Assembly (NCBI RefSeq): GCF_001194135.2
Contig: NC_068982.1
Location: 162,334,065-162,383,416, forward strand
Origin: Octopus bimaculoides
Lineage: Eukaryota
Direction: 5' to 3'
Length of the DNA: 49,352 bases
This document shows positions 22,221 through 32,924 of the stretch, piece after piece. The stretch's first letter is position 1. Each line of letters begins with the position of its first letter. The position numbers and the translations under genes were made by a program. The notes below the pieces were generated by a model. It was given only the letters and a program-made list of their open reading frames with translations, did no database searches and was not told the DNA's origin.

Positions 22221-22270
22221 TTTTGAAGTTACCGGACCTGAAGAGTGTCCTTTGGATATCCTTGTTGCTT
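22221..22270 (+). repeat. Inverted partial copy of the 21.9 kb hammerhead region (5' half only)
   Basis: TTTTGAAGTTACCGGACCTGAAGAGTGTCC is the reverse complement of 21880-21909 with 1 mismatch. It keeps CTGAAGA but has no GAAA. Confidence 0.85.
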
Positions 22271-23171
22271 ATTTTGATATATATATATATATATGTATAT
22301 ATNNNNNNNNNNNNNNNNNNNNNNNNNNNNNNNNNNNNNNNNNNNNNNNNNNNNNNNNNNNNNNNNNNNNNNNNNNNNNNNNNNNNNNNNNNNNNNNNNN
22401 NNNNNNNNNNNNNNNNNNNNNNNNNNNNNNNNNNNNNNNNNNNNNNNNNNNNNNNNNNNNNNNNNNNNNNNNNNNNNNNNNNNNNNNNNNNNNNNNNNNN
22501 NNNNNNNNNNNNNNNNNNNNNNNNNNNNNNNNNNNNNNNNNNNNNNNNNNNNNNNNNNNNNNNNNNNNNNNNNNNNNNNNNNNNNNNNNNNNNNNNNNNN
22601 NNNNNNNNNNNNNNNNNNNNNNNNNNNNNNNNNNNNNNNNNNNNNNNNNNNNNNNNNNNNNNNNNNNNNNNNNNNNNNNNNNNNNNNNNNNNNNNNNNNN
22701 NNNNNNNNNNNNNNNNNNNNNNNNNNNNNNNNNNNNNNNNNNNNNNNNNNNNNNNNNNNNNNNNNNNNNNNNNNNNNNNNNNNNNNNNNNNNNNNNNNNN
22801 NNNNNNNNNNNNNNNNNNNNNNNNNNNNNNNNNNNNNNNNNNNNNNNNNNNNNNNNNNNNNNNNNNNNNNNNNNNNNNNNATACATATATATATATACAT
22901 ATATATTTATATACATATATACATATACATGTGTGTGTAAATATGTGTATATGTATGAGTACACATATGTTTGTGTGTGTATGTGCATGTATGTATCCAT
23001 GCACATACACACACATAGACATTATGAACGCAGAAGGTTTATGTCTATGTATTGTGAGAATATGATTGCATGTATTTTTTTTTCTTTTTTCTGTTTTCCT
23101 TTTTATTCTTTTCTACCTATTAGAGTAACTTCCCTTTTATTCAATGTTTTTTTTTCATAGCGTCTATTGCC

Positions 23172-23223
23172 ATTAATAGCTGATGAGAATGCATCCAACA
23201 TTTGAAACTCTGAGTACTATAAT
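23172..23223 (+). ncRNA. Type I hammerhead ribozyme motif with intact catalytic core
   Basis: AUAG-CUGAUGA-GAAUG(CAUCCAA)CAUUU-GAAA-CUC-U-GAG-U-A-CUAU. Helix I 23176-79/23217-20, helix II 23187-91/23199-203, near-palindromic helix III ACUC-U-GAGU, predicted cleavage after A23216. Confidence 0.8.
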
Positions 23224-23468
23224 GACAACTTACTGTTTGTTCTAAATTATAACACACACACACACATATATATATAAGTAAAAAAGAGAGACACAGAAAA
23301 AAAGGAAAATGTCCCTTACATTTGAAAACTATGGAAATATAAAAAAAAACTTTCATTTAATTTTTACACAATTTAATTGCTTTTCATGCTTTACTCTAAG
23401 TTGAAAAAGATGCAAAGACAGAAACCAGTACTAAAATGGTCATGATAAAATTATTTTGGCATTTTCTA

Positions 23469-23860
23469 CAGTTTGCGGGGATTAATAGATATGCAGGTAT
23501 TCTATTTCAGATAATACAAAAAAAATAACCTAATGAGTATGTCTGAAAGTAAACTCATGGTATCCATTTGCACATCATGAAATAATATTTTAAAGGATAT
23601 AACCAGTATATCAGCTGAGTATATAATATACTTCCTTAAATATCTCCTACTTAAGTTAACACTTAAATCTATTAATTATGACGGAACTACATGTATTGGA
23701 AGATTACAATATATATACATACACACATATGTATATATANNNNNNNNNNNNNNNNNNNNNNNNNNNNNNNNNNNNNNNNNNNNNNNNNNNNNNNNNNNNN
23801 NNNNNNNNNNNNNNNNNNNNNNNNNNNNNNNNNNNNNNNNNNNNNNNNNNNNNNNNNNNN

Positions 23861-23905
<45 letters not shown>

Positions 23906-24264
23906 CACATATATAAATATATATATGCAATCATCAGATTTACAATTATTCCAACACATCTTCAGGTTCTCTTTCAAAGTATTGTTAATCTAATTTTACA
24001 TCCCTTTAAAAAATAAGTGTTAAGCAGTAAATTAAACATTAAAAATTAAAAATAAAAATTATACTTTGTAATATTAAGAAATAAAACTTATAAATTATAC
24101 ATTATAAATATGAATTAGTATATCTATCAACCTTATAATGTCGAGTATATAATGTCAAATACAAAATATAAGATATAAAATTATACATTAGAATAAAAAT
24201 GTCTGTGTTTTTTTTGTATTATCTGAAATAGAATACCCATATATCTATTAATTCCCAAAAACTG
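23469..24264. mobile_element. Tc1/mariner-type MITE (TIRs about 55 bp)
   Basis: TA|CAGTTT..ATTAATAGATAT..GGTATTCTATTTCAGATAATACAAAAAA is mirrored at about 24207-24264 (..ACTG). The right TA is not retained. Confidence 0.65.
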
Positions 24265-24486
24265 AATTATTATTGACTTTTATTAGATACTTTGTATATT
24301 TCTAGATCAATAAGACCCCAAGGTACGATATGCAGATGCATGTAATGCTGAAGGGTTGTACCTGATTGATTTGGAAATTCGTTTTCTCAGATTATTTAAA
24401 TTAGATATATATGTGTGTGCATATATATATATATATGTGTGTGTGTGTGTATATAGAATTATGTGTGTGTATATATATATATATAT

Positions 24487-24642
24487 AAAAAATTTCATAA
24501 TGAAAAAAATTCATCACTTTTTCATAAATATATATAAATCATTTATATAAAGGGCATTAACTGTGTAGTAATGCCTCACGCTTCGAGTGATTTATATATA
24601 TTTATGAAAAAATGATGAATTTTTTTCATTATGAAATTTTTT
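24487..24642. repeat. AT-rich foldback (arms about 55 bp, about 1 mismatch) with inner GGCATTA/TAATGCC hairpin
   Basis: 24487-24541 is the reverse complement of about 24588-24642. Confidence 0.9.
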
Positions 24643-24712
24643 TCATTTTTTTTTTTTCATTTGGGTTTTTTTTCACGCTGACTACTTGATAAATTCTTAT
24701 AAAGAATTTATC

Positions 24713-24715
<3 letters not shown>

Positions 24716-24778
<63 letters not shown>
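24716..24778. repeat. (TA)n(GA)n microsatellite
   Basis: Directly visible. Confidence 0.97.
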
Positions 24779-24781
<3 letters not shown>

Positions 24782-25211
24782 ATGTTTATGTATATATCTT
24801 ATCTATAAAAGGTAGATTTTTCTGTGTGTGTGTGTGTATGTTGAAAATTCATACATTTACACAATTCTAAATTTCTTGAATGAAAGAATCAGAATTAATA
24901 TCCTAAATACCATAACTTAGGTCACAGACAATATTTTAATGCCTTTTAAAATTATTTTCAAGTGAATACCATGACAAAAATTTATTTTGGCATATTTAGA
25001 AAATATTTTAAATTGAAAATTACTTAAAAAATACAGTAAATATTTCATAAAAGACCAATTTGTAACCTCAGAATGAAATATTTTTTCTCCATAGGTTTTT
25101 TTTTTTTTTTTTGAGTGCATTCAACATATCTCACCTCCAAAGATTTGGCTGCTATTTCTAGCAAGCACTGCTACCACGTAACAGCTATTTGTGATAAAGG
25201 ACCCAAAATAC

Positions 25212-25326
25212 CTGCTATGTGGTAGTAGGGCATTCAAGAAATCGCAGCCAAATCCTTCCTTTTCTGGGAAAAGGAGCTGTTTACAGGTGATTTCCATGTC
25301 ATATTCATTGAAAGCATGCGGAATAC
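25212..25326 (-). CDS. Candidate internal coding exon (GIPHAFNEYDMEITCKQLLFPEKEGFGCDFLNALLPHS), unidentified gene
   Basis: Poly-T acceptor TTTTTTTTTTCCAG|, donor AG|GTATTT, 115 nt open, phase 1 to phase 2, compatible with the phase-1 exon at 31945-32038. Confidence 0.55.
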
Positions 25327-25426
25327 CTGGAAAAAAAAAAAAGAAAACCAACAAAACAGAATTCTGTTCCTGGGAAACTCAGACTTTCCCGGTGACCCAA
25401 TGTGTCATGGGTAGTCTAGTATATAT

Positions 25427-26114
25427 CATCATCATCATCGTTTAACGTCCACTTTCCATGCTAGCATGGGTTGGACGATTTGACTGAGGACTGGTGAAAC
25501 CGGATGGCAACACCAGGCTCCAATCTCATTTGGCAGAGTTTCTACAGCTGGATGCCCTTCCTAACGCCAACCACTCAGAGAGTGCAGTGGGTGCTTTTAT
25601 GTGTCACCCGCACGAAGGCCAGTCAGGCGGTACTGGCAACGGCCACGCTCAAAATGGTGTCTTTTATGTGCCACCCGCACAAGAGCCAGTCCAGGGGCAC
25701 TGGCAACGATCTCACTTGGTCTCACTTGGCTTGCCGGGTCTTCTCATGCACAGCACATTTCCAAAGGTCTCAGTCAGTAGTCATCACCAATGTTCGGAGG
25801 TCTTGCCTCACCACCTCAGACCAGGTCTTCCTGGGCCTACCTCTTCCACGGGTTCCCTCAACTGTTAGGGTGTGGCACTTTTTCACGCAGCTATCCTCAT
25901 CCATTCTCACCACATGTCCATACCAGCGCAATCGTCTCTCTTGCACACCACAACTGATGCTTCTTATGTTCAGCTTTTCTCTCAAGATACTTACACTCTG
26001 TCGGGTATGCACACTGACATTACACATCCAACGGAGCATACTGGCTTCATTCCTTGCGAGCTTACGCATGTCCTCAGCAGTCACAGCCCATGTTTCACTG
26101 CCATGTAGCATGGC
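25427..26114 (-). mobile_element. RTE-clade LINE, 5'-truncated
   Basis: LHGSETWAVT..RRLRWYGHVVRM..GRGRPRKTW followed by the family 3' UTR and (GAT)n tail. Confidence 0.93.
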
Positions 26115-27101
26115 TATGTATGTATATTTGAAAGAATGAGTAGAGATGGCTTTTTTGAGGGGATAATTTTTATTTTAATCTTAATAATAATGTTTACAGT
26201 GAGTTACTTTAATATGAATTTCAAGCTTCACATAGCTGTTTTCAAACTGAAAAATGTATGTATTACCGGTTGCTTAAATAGCAAAAGATTTTTTCTTATA
26301 AGTATACATACAAAAAAATATATCCCACTAGTTTAATTGACTCACCAATCACCAAAGCAAAAAACATCCCAACTACAGACCTCAATGCAAAACAAACATA
26401 CAGAGCCTAGACATTGAACAAACTATATAGCATTCACTTTGAAGTACACTGTTTGGATTTTCCTTTTCATCATGGTGAGTTGTAGTTTAAACAATGCTAA
26501 CGATTATCACTACTTATGTGCTGAAATATTCTAGTTTTTATAACCAACATGAAGATTTGACTGATTTGACAGCACTCACAACACTCGCAAATATATCTGA
26601 AAAAAAATGTTATTCTGGTTATTATAACAAATTTGGAAACTTGGCAAAGTAGAAAGCCTTAACAGATCTTTCAGTATAATTACAGAAATGTTATTCTACT
26701 CCTTGTAACCAGTTTCAAGATAAGGCTTTTTTTAACAGTTCTAGTATCCTAATCTTATTCCTGCTATGCTGCTTTATCAGTGTGAGTATTCAATGCTGCG
26801 CAACCTTTTTATTGCATTATAAGCTTACACAGTTAAAATATATAGCAAGTGATATCAAATTAATTTGTCTTGCTACACACATCCTCCAGCAAATGTTTTA
26901 AATTAACTAATTTTCACAACAGCAACACATTCCTCTGTACACAATTTGTTCAGCATTTGTTCAAAAATTGTAAAATATATTTTTGTATAAAAAATTGAAT
27001 TATGCCTTCTGAATTTTATTGGAGCTTGACTTTCTTCAACGTCACATTCAATCCTGAATTTTATAACATTTGGACCAATTACTATCATTATTAGTCATAG
27101 A

Positions 27102-27167
<66 letters not shown>

Positions 27168-27174
27168 CAGCAGC
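27102..27174. repeat. (AGC)n(AGT)n trinucleotide microsatellite
   Basis: Directly visible. Confidence 0.97.
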
Positions 27175-27324
27175 ATGATGAAGATGTTGATGGCAGAAAT
27201 GATATAGTAATTACTATGGAAATTGCCTTGAATGTCTAGTTTATACCCTTTTATATTCTGAGTTTAAATCCTACCAAAGTGTCTTTCATCTTTCTGGGAT
27301 CATTTTAATTGACAATAGGATCTA

Positions 27325-29240
27325 GTCCCTTGGTTCCCAAACTTTTTCAAAATTTTCATCCTATGGACCACATCCCATTGTTTTTAGGCTTCGCAGACCC
27401 CTATCCCCACCACAAAATTTAAAAATCAGAGATGAACAAAGCAAAATGACCTTGTATGAAATAACTTTTTATAAGATAAAATAAAAAATTTCAGTGAGAG
27501 GGGTGAACTTGTTTGGTCTGTAAAATGTCCTCAATAATTAGGCTGCGTTTTTGATAATGCAACTCTCATGTCATGTGTAACATGCAGTTTATTATGAGCC
27601 TTTGTTTTAATTGCGAATAAAGTTGCAAAAGCCATCTCACATTCATATGTTGTTGCGAATGGAATGATGAATTTGAGGGCCAATTTGGTGACATCTGGAT
27701 ATGTCTGCATCATTTCAATACAGAATTCACTGCAACACATGTTACAGAAGGCGTTTTTGGTACCGCCATCATTCAGCAAGTCAATGAACTGTTCTTGAAT
27801 GATGTGATCTTCTGAGGGAAGGTCAACAACAGAGATTGCAAAGGGATTGGTGATGGAATGATGAACTTTTTCGAAGTTTTGTAGGTCGGGGAAGTATCTT
27901 TGAATTTCAGTTTGAAGAATTAAGACATGCTGTTTCATTATATTGAGGATGTTAGCATCAACTTGAAGGCCGTCATCAAGGAAAGTATTGAGGTTCTGAA
28001 ATGGTGCAAAATTCTCACATTCCAGTTTAGAATGCCACAAATGGAGCTTCATTTTAAATGAGTCATTTTTTCATAACAGTGAACAACAGTGATGTCCTTT
28101 CCTTGTTGTGCTAAGTTAACAGAATCAACTGATTCAAAAATGTCGACCAAAAAGGAGAAACTTATAAGGAACCAAGTATTGGAGAACTGTCTGTGCAGTT
28201 CTTTTTTAGCACCATGAAGAAATTTGTGTATCTCTTTTCATAGAACGAAGACTCTTTTCAGTACTCTCCTCTTGGATAACCACCTCACATGCAAGTACAG
28301 TAAAAGCATTTCAAAACCAGAGTCATTGTCCTTGCACAAGTCAACAAAAAGACGCAAGTTTAGAGAATTGGTTTTGATAAAATTTACCACTTTGACCACA
28401 TGATTCAAAACATTCTTTAATTGGTCAGGCATTGTTTTAACCATCAATGCTTGGTGATGATGTGTACAATCTGTACGAATTGCATCAGGAGGCTTCTCCT
28501 TCACCATTGTCTGAGAGCCAGAGTGACAACCATGCATTGCTGGAGCACTGTCGGTGCACACACCAACAGCATGCTCCCAGTTTATGCCATGCATGTTAAA
28601 CAATTGATCCACTTTCTGAAATATATCATTTGCAGTGGTTCGGGTGTTGAGACTTTTGCAAAAAAGGGATTCATCTTCCAGGCACTTTTTGTGCACATAA
28701 CCTGCATAAACACAAAGTCGTGCTAAATCTGCCATGTCAGTGGTTTCATCAATTTGAGATGACCTGAGACAAAATATTATCAGACATCTCAGCGATTCAT
28801 CGACTGATGGTATTGTTGGAAGGTGAAACATGTTTAAGCTTCTGTAGTTCAGATGTGCTGAGCACGAGTAAGATTATATCTTTTCAGTAAGGAAGAACTA
28901 ACTGCTCTCCAATGTTATGAGGTTTTTTGCAGCAGCAATTTTCTTTGAAATCTCGTGGGAGGCTTTCAGACCTGCCACAATGTCCTGCATACACATTCTT
29001 GCATCCTCAAGCCTGGATTTGGCCAATTTGTCAGCTTAGTTTCTGAAAAATTCCTTGTCTTTGTTGACTGCACTGGGATGTTTTGTTTCCAAATGCCTCT
29101 TTAGCCTGCAGGGCTTCAGCGCGAAGCTGCCAATATCTCCGAGCACAGAACACACTGTGGTTTTTCTACTCCACCAACAGTAAGCACAGTGAAACCGAAG
29201 CTTGTATATGACTTGTATCTCCTTTTCTTTGTAAAAGACA
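27325..29240 (-). pseudogene. hAT Buster/Charlie-type transposon fossil (ZBED5/ZBED8-like transposase)
   Basis: BED finger (KPQCVLCSE..LKRHLETKHP), QIDETTD, VGVCTDSAPAM, C..HHQAL, VRWLS, PFATTYECEMAF, with many frameshifts. TGGTTCCCAAACTTTTT TIR-like end near 27333. Confidence 0.9.
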
Positions 29241-30250
29241 TTCTACAAATAAATATAATGATATGTAAATGTTGTGCTGTAAATACTTAGCTATTTGTGT
29301 TTCCACAAATCAAGTCTCTTAAGATCACAGTCCATATTCTTGGGATGATTACAGTGCAGTCTGTAGTAGAATGTACAGTAAATATATATCAACTTTTCTA
29401 TTTCCAGTCCTTTTGTTTTTTGGGTGTGTCCATTTAGTTTGCTTTATCATTAACAATCCTTTGTCAAGTTTCTCTTAAAATAAATTTACTAGTTTTATTT
29501 GCCACAATAATGTGTCACGTTTTCTTCAGTTCCCACAATGAAAACATGTAGGTAATGCTCTGAATAATATCATGTAGAATACTGGGACGAAAATCCCTCA
29601 GATAGAAAAAAAACCGAAGCCTTTTCAATTCCACTGTCAAAATGATATATTTCATATCTCTCAAAAATTCCAAAATATCAAGAAAAATTTGAAAATGTAA
29701 ACAACATAAAAAAGATTAATTTATAATATACTTTATACAGTAAAAGTAGCTCAGTATTCTGGTTGGATAAATGGAAGTTAAGGACACTGGAGTGACCACC
29801 AGAAGGTTTTGTGAAAGATAAAGTAAATTAATGTTAAGTTAGGTTGAGTGTGGCTGTAAGGGTCAGATGTATTTTTGATGTAAACATTTTTTCCATCAGG
29901 AATCTTTGCTTTAATATATAAAAAGCACAACAAAGGTACTTTGTTTGAATTTACAGTTTAGTTCACAGTTTGTTAGAAACAAAGTCCCTTATGTGTCATT
30001 ATTAACCAGTAACTTGTTTTAATTCTTTACTAAGTTTAGTCTTCATTATTGATTTTTTTCTTCCTAATTTGACAAACAAGGTACTGAGATTCTAATGAGC
30101 AGACTACAAATCAAACTGTTAAGGGAAAGTACTTTTTAAAAAACATAACTTAATATGACTTAACCAATTGATAATTCAAATGGTCCTTTTAAGTTTTGAA
30201 GTGAAAATGTAAATGATTATACGTAGATGTATATGTGTGTGTGTATATAT

Positions 30251-30409
30251 CATCATCATCATCGTTTAATGTCCGCTTTCCATGCTAGCATGGGTTGGAC
30301 GACTTGACTGAGGACTGGTGAAACCGGATGGCAACACCAGGCTCCAATCTAAATTTGGCAGAGTTTCTACAGCTGGATGCCCTTCCTAACGCCAACCACT
30401 CAGAGAGTG
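30251..30409 (-). mobile_element. RTE 3' tail fragment
   Basis: Nearly identical to 25427-25585. Confidence 0.9.
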
Positions 30410-30477
30410 AATATATATATATATATATATGAATACTTATATATCATCATCACTTCCTAACGCCAACCACTCAGAGA

Positions 30478-30542
<65 letters not shown>

Positions 30543-31630
30543 TACTTATATATCATCATCATTTTATGTCCAATTGATCTACTTTACAGAGTGCATTTTT
30601 GCATGGCACCAGCACTATAGATGTTGCCTTGCCATCAGCAAGACTAAAGAGCTTTTCAGGCCAGTAGTGTTGGGGTTGCTTTGCAGTTTGCTAAGTAAAG
30701 AGAGCCCTGCACCCCCATCCATCCATGATGGATGGAGCAAATTTATTGTGCGAGGATGGCAATAGAGAGAACAACAGAGGAAACAGTGCTGCAGTGGAAG
30801 TAATGGAGACATTGGAAAGATGAAGATTAACATCAGGGAGTAGTGCAACATATAGTTTTCCTGCCAAACAGTTTGGCTAAAGATTCTAATAGCTATGAAA
30901 TAACTGGAAAATCCACCTAACCAGAGAGCCACTAAGCTATATAGCACTACCCTTTACTTATAGTATCTAGTAACCCATTAATTATACGAAAAATGTACCC
31001 ATCTACGATGGAGGCATAAAATGAGGGAGAGAAGTCTAACAGCAGTATGTATTGAGAAATGTGTAAATGGACTTGATAGATTACTGGGTGATGTCTTAGA
31101 GAAATCACATTATTGTTGGTGATACAGCATTCTATTGCAGTTACATGACGTGTTTGCAACTAAGTGACGATTCACTCCCAAACTGAAATAGCCTCTGTAT
31201 CATAAATGGTTATGTCGACCACTCCTAACGAAAGCCAGAGCTTCCTTCGACCACTACATAAAAAGTAATAAGAAAAAATGTTATTTAGATATACTTTTAT
31301 TTTAGTTGTTTACACTATTTTACGCTTGTTTATACTCTTATACATTCAAAGTTCACAAATTTCCCTATTTAAATTATGACTCATATTCCTTTCGGTAATA
31401 TCAATAATTGTAAAATTTCTTTGTAAACGATATTTTCTGTTTCGTCGACACTAAGTTTCAAATTACTGGAGTCCGTTGCTTAGTCATAGCAATGTATAAC
31501 TGGTCGTGTGTAAACATCGGAGTGGGTAAAAATACACCTACACGATCGAAAGTCTGGTCCTGTGCTTTGTTTGTTGTGAATGCGCGAGCGGATTCTTTAG
31601 GGTTGCAAAAAATCAAACTAAGACTTACCT

Positions 31631-31934
31631 ACATTATTTACATTCGACGGATATTTGTCATTATCTTGTTTGTTGTTAACACGCTTCGGCATATACCTTC
31701 CAGCCTTCTTCAGGTGTCTTGGGGAAATTTCGAACCTGGGTTCTCATTCCTAAGGTATTTTTCGATATTATTATTATTATTATTTTTCAGGTCACTGCTT
31801 GGAATCGAATTCGGAATATTGGGGTTAGTAGCCCGCGCTCTTAACCACTACACCATATGCCCACGGGCACATGGCATCGAATGTAAATAATGCAAATAAT
31901 GTAAATAATTCCTCATCTCTTAAAATTAGAACTG
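31631..31934 (-). mobile_element. tRNA-headed, hammerhead-containing SINE; inverted insertion with 12-bp TSD
   Basis: Minus strand 31869-31631: TGGTGTAGTGG A-box, AATTCGATTCC B-box, (AAT)n, then ACAC-CTGAAGA-AGGC..GCC-GAAG. A plus-strand tail piece occupies 31877-31934. TAAGACTTACCT occurs at 31619-31630 and 31935-31946. Confidence 0.85.
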
Positions 31935-31944
31935 TAAGACTTAC

Positions 31945-32038
31945 CTCTCACAATTCTATGCGAATAATGTCTGGATACTCTGGTACCATGGGTTATTTTG
32001 ATTGACAAAACTGAGAGGTAAACAACAGCCGCTTGCAT
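31945..32038 (-). CDS. Candidate first coding exon (MQAAVVYLSVLSIKITHGTRVSRHYSHRIVR), possible mitochondrial presequence
   Basis: ATG at 32038, open to consensus donor AG|GTAAGT at 31945/31944. The peptide has no acidic residues, is R/S-rich and contains R-H-Y-S. The upstream region is CpG-rich. Confidence 0.45.
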
Positions 32039-32159
32039 TAGCCGTTTCGAATCCTGCTCGAGACTGACGTACTTCAATAACCACTAAATAATCACACACA
32101 CTATATACTAACACACTTTTTCCATTTTATTTTTGCTATTAACCGTCCTCGCAACTCCC

Positions 32160-32690
32160 TTCATATCTACGATGGGGCCATGAACTATACAATGAAAATC
32201 GAGAGTTACTTGTGGTCGGTAAATACAAAAATCGATATTCACGAAATAACCATACTTTCTGATTTTTTAATGCTAAAAACCTTCCTGACAACCGTCTTTG
32301 TAATCCCCCAAAATATCGTAACCATTGGTCCAGCTGCCTGGCCGTGAAAAGGGAACAAAGAGAGCAAATCTGCTCATCTATGATGGGAAATAAAGGGATA
32401 GTATCTCAAATCTAAACCCTCTAAATTCACGAACTATGCAGGTAGGAGAGGAGTCCAGAGTTAATCCTCGTCACCGGAATTTTAACAAAAAAATCGAAGG
32501 TGATTTATTAATGCAAAACTTAATACTCACTAAATAGTCATGCTTTTTGACCTTTTTTTTCGCAAAAAACCTCCCTTTATTACCTCCTTCGTAATCCCGA
32601 AAAGCATCGTGACCATTGGTTCAGCCGCTTGACCCTGAAGAGGGAACAGACAGGTAGACGGACGTAATGCCCATTATAGTAAGATGCAGT
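32160..32690 (+). mobile_element. Tandem dimer of a DINE-1/HINE (Helentron-associated)-like repeat
   Basis: Two diverged units share AAAAACCT..GTAATCCC..ATCGT(A/G)ACCATTGGT(C/T)CAGC..GAA(A/G)AGGGAACA. The second ends GACGGAC..CCCATTATAGTAAGAT. Class assignment is by architectural analogy only. Confidence 0.45.
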
Positions 32691-32924
32691 GATTAATTTC
32701 CTTGCACTATCTTCATTACATTATCCAGCAAGTTATATACAGAAGATTCTGAATTGTTATGTTCATTGAACACAGATCCATTAACTTATTGAATGTAGAT
32801 TTGTAAATATTACATTTATAGGGGATACAGGTTAATAAAATTATAAGAAACTAAAACTTTATTGCGGTTATTGTCTACATACACAACCTTCCTTTCTTGT
32901 GAACCACACTAAAACTATAATGCA

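Larger units (their letters stand above)
7636..23860. other. Seven assembly gaps (see summary) within this span
   Basis: N runs. Gap lengths are estimates, so reading frames across them are meaningless. Confidence 0.99.

Noticed and set aside
7501-24016. Long ORFs in the supplied track spanning X-runs or made of YI/HT/CV repeats
   Set aside because: They result from N-gaps and microsatellites. Only the non-N segments with Gypsy motifs are real.
25478-25510. CTGAGGA-CTGGT-GAAAC in RTE tails (also near 30.3 kb)
   Set aside because: No helix II or UH site, and it is antisense to the element. Chance match.
26420-26790. Two short plus-strand segments ending in GTGAGT with hydrophobic frames
   Set aside because: No start codon, partner exon or homology. 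Such donors occur by chance.
30382-30560. Tandem repeat of CTTCCTAACG..GAGAGTG-(TA)n-TGAATACTTATATATCATCATCA
   Set aside because: The two units differ mainly in (TA)n length, which is typical of heterozygous or short-read misassembly.
30615-31159. Adjacent hydrophobic minus-strand ORFs (110 and 70 aa)
   Set aside because: No ATG start, no recognisable motif, and no splice phase that continues exon 31945-32038 without an early stop.
31795-31869. tRNA gene calls for the SINE heads (also 44885-44960, 19.7 kb and 42.9 kb)
   Set aside because: They have A/B boxes but no complete cloverleaf or acceptor stem, and they continue into repeat bodies.
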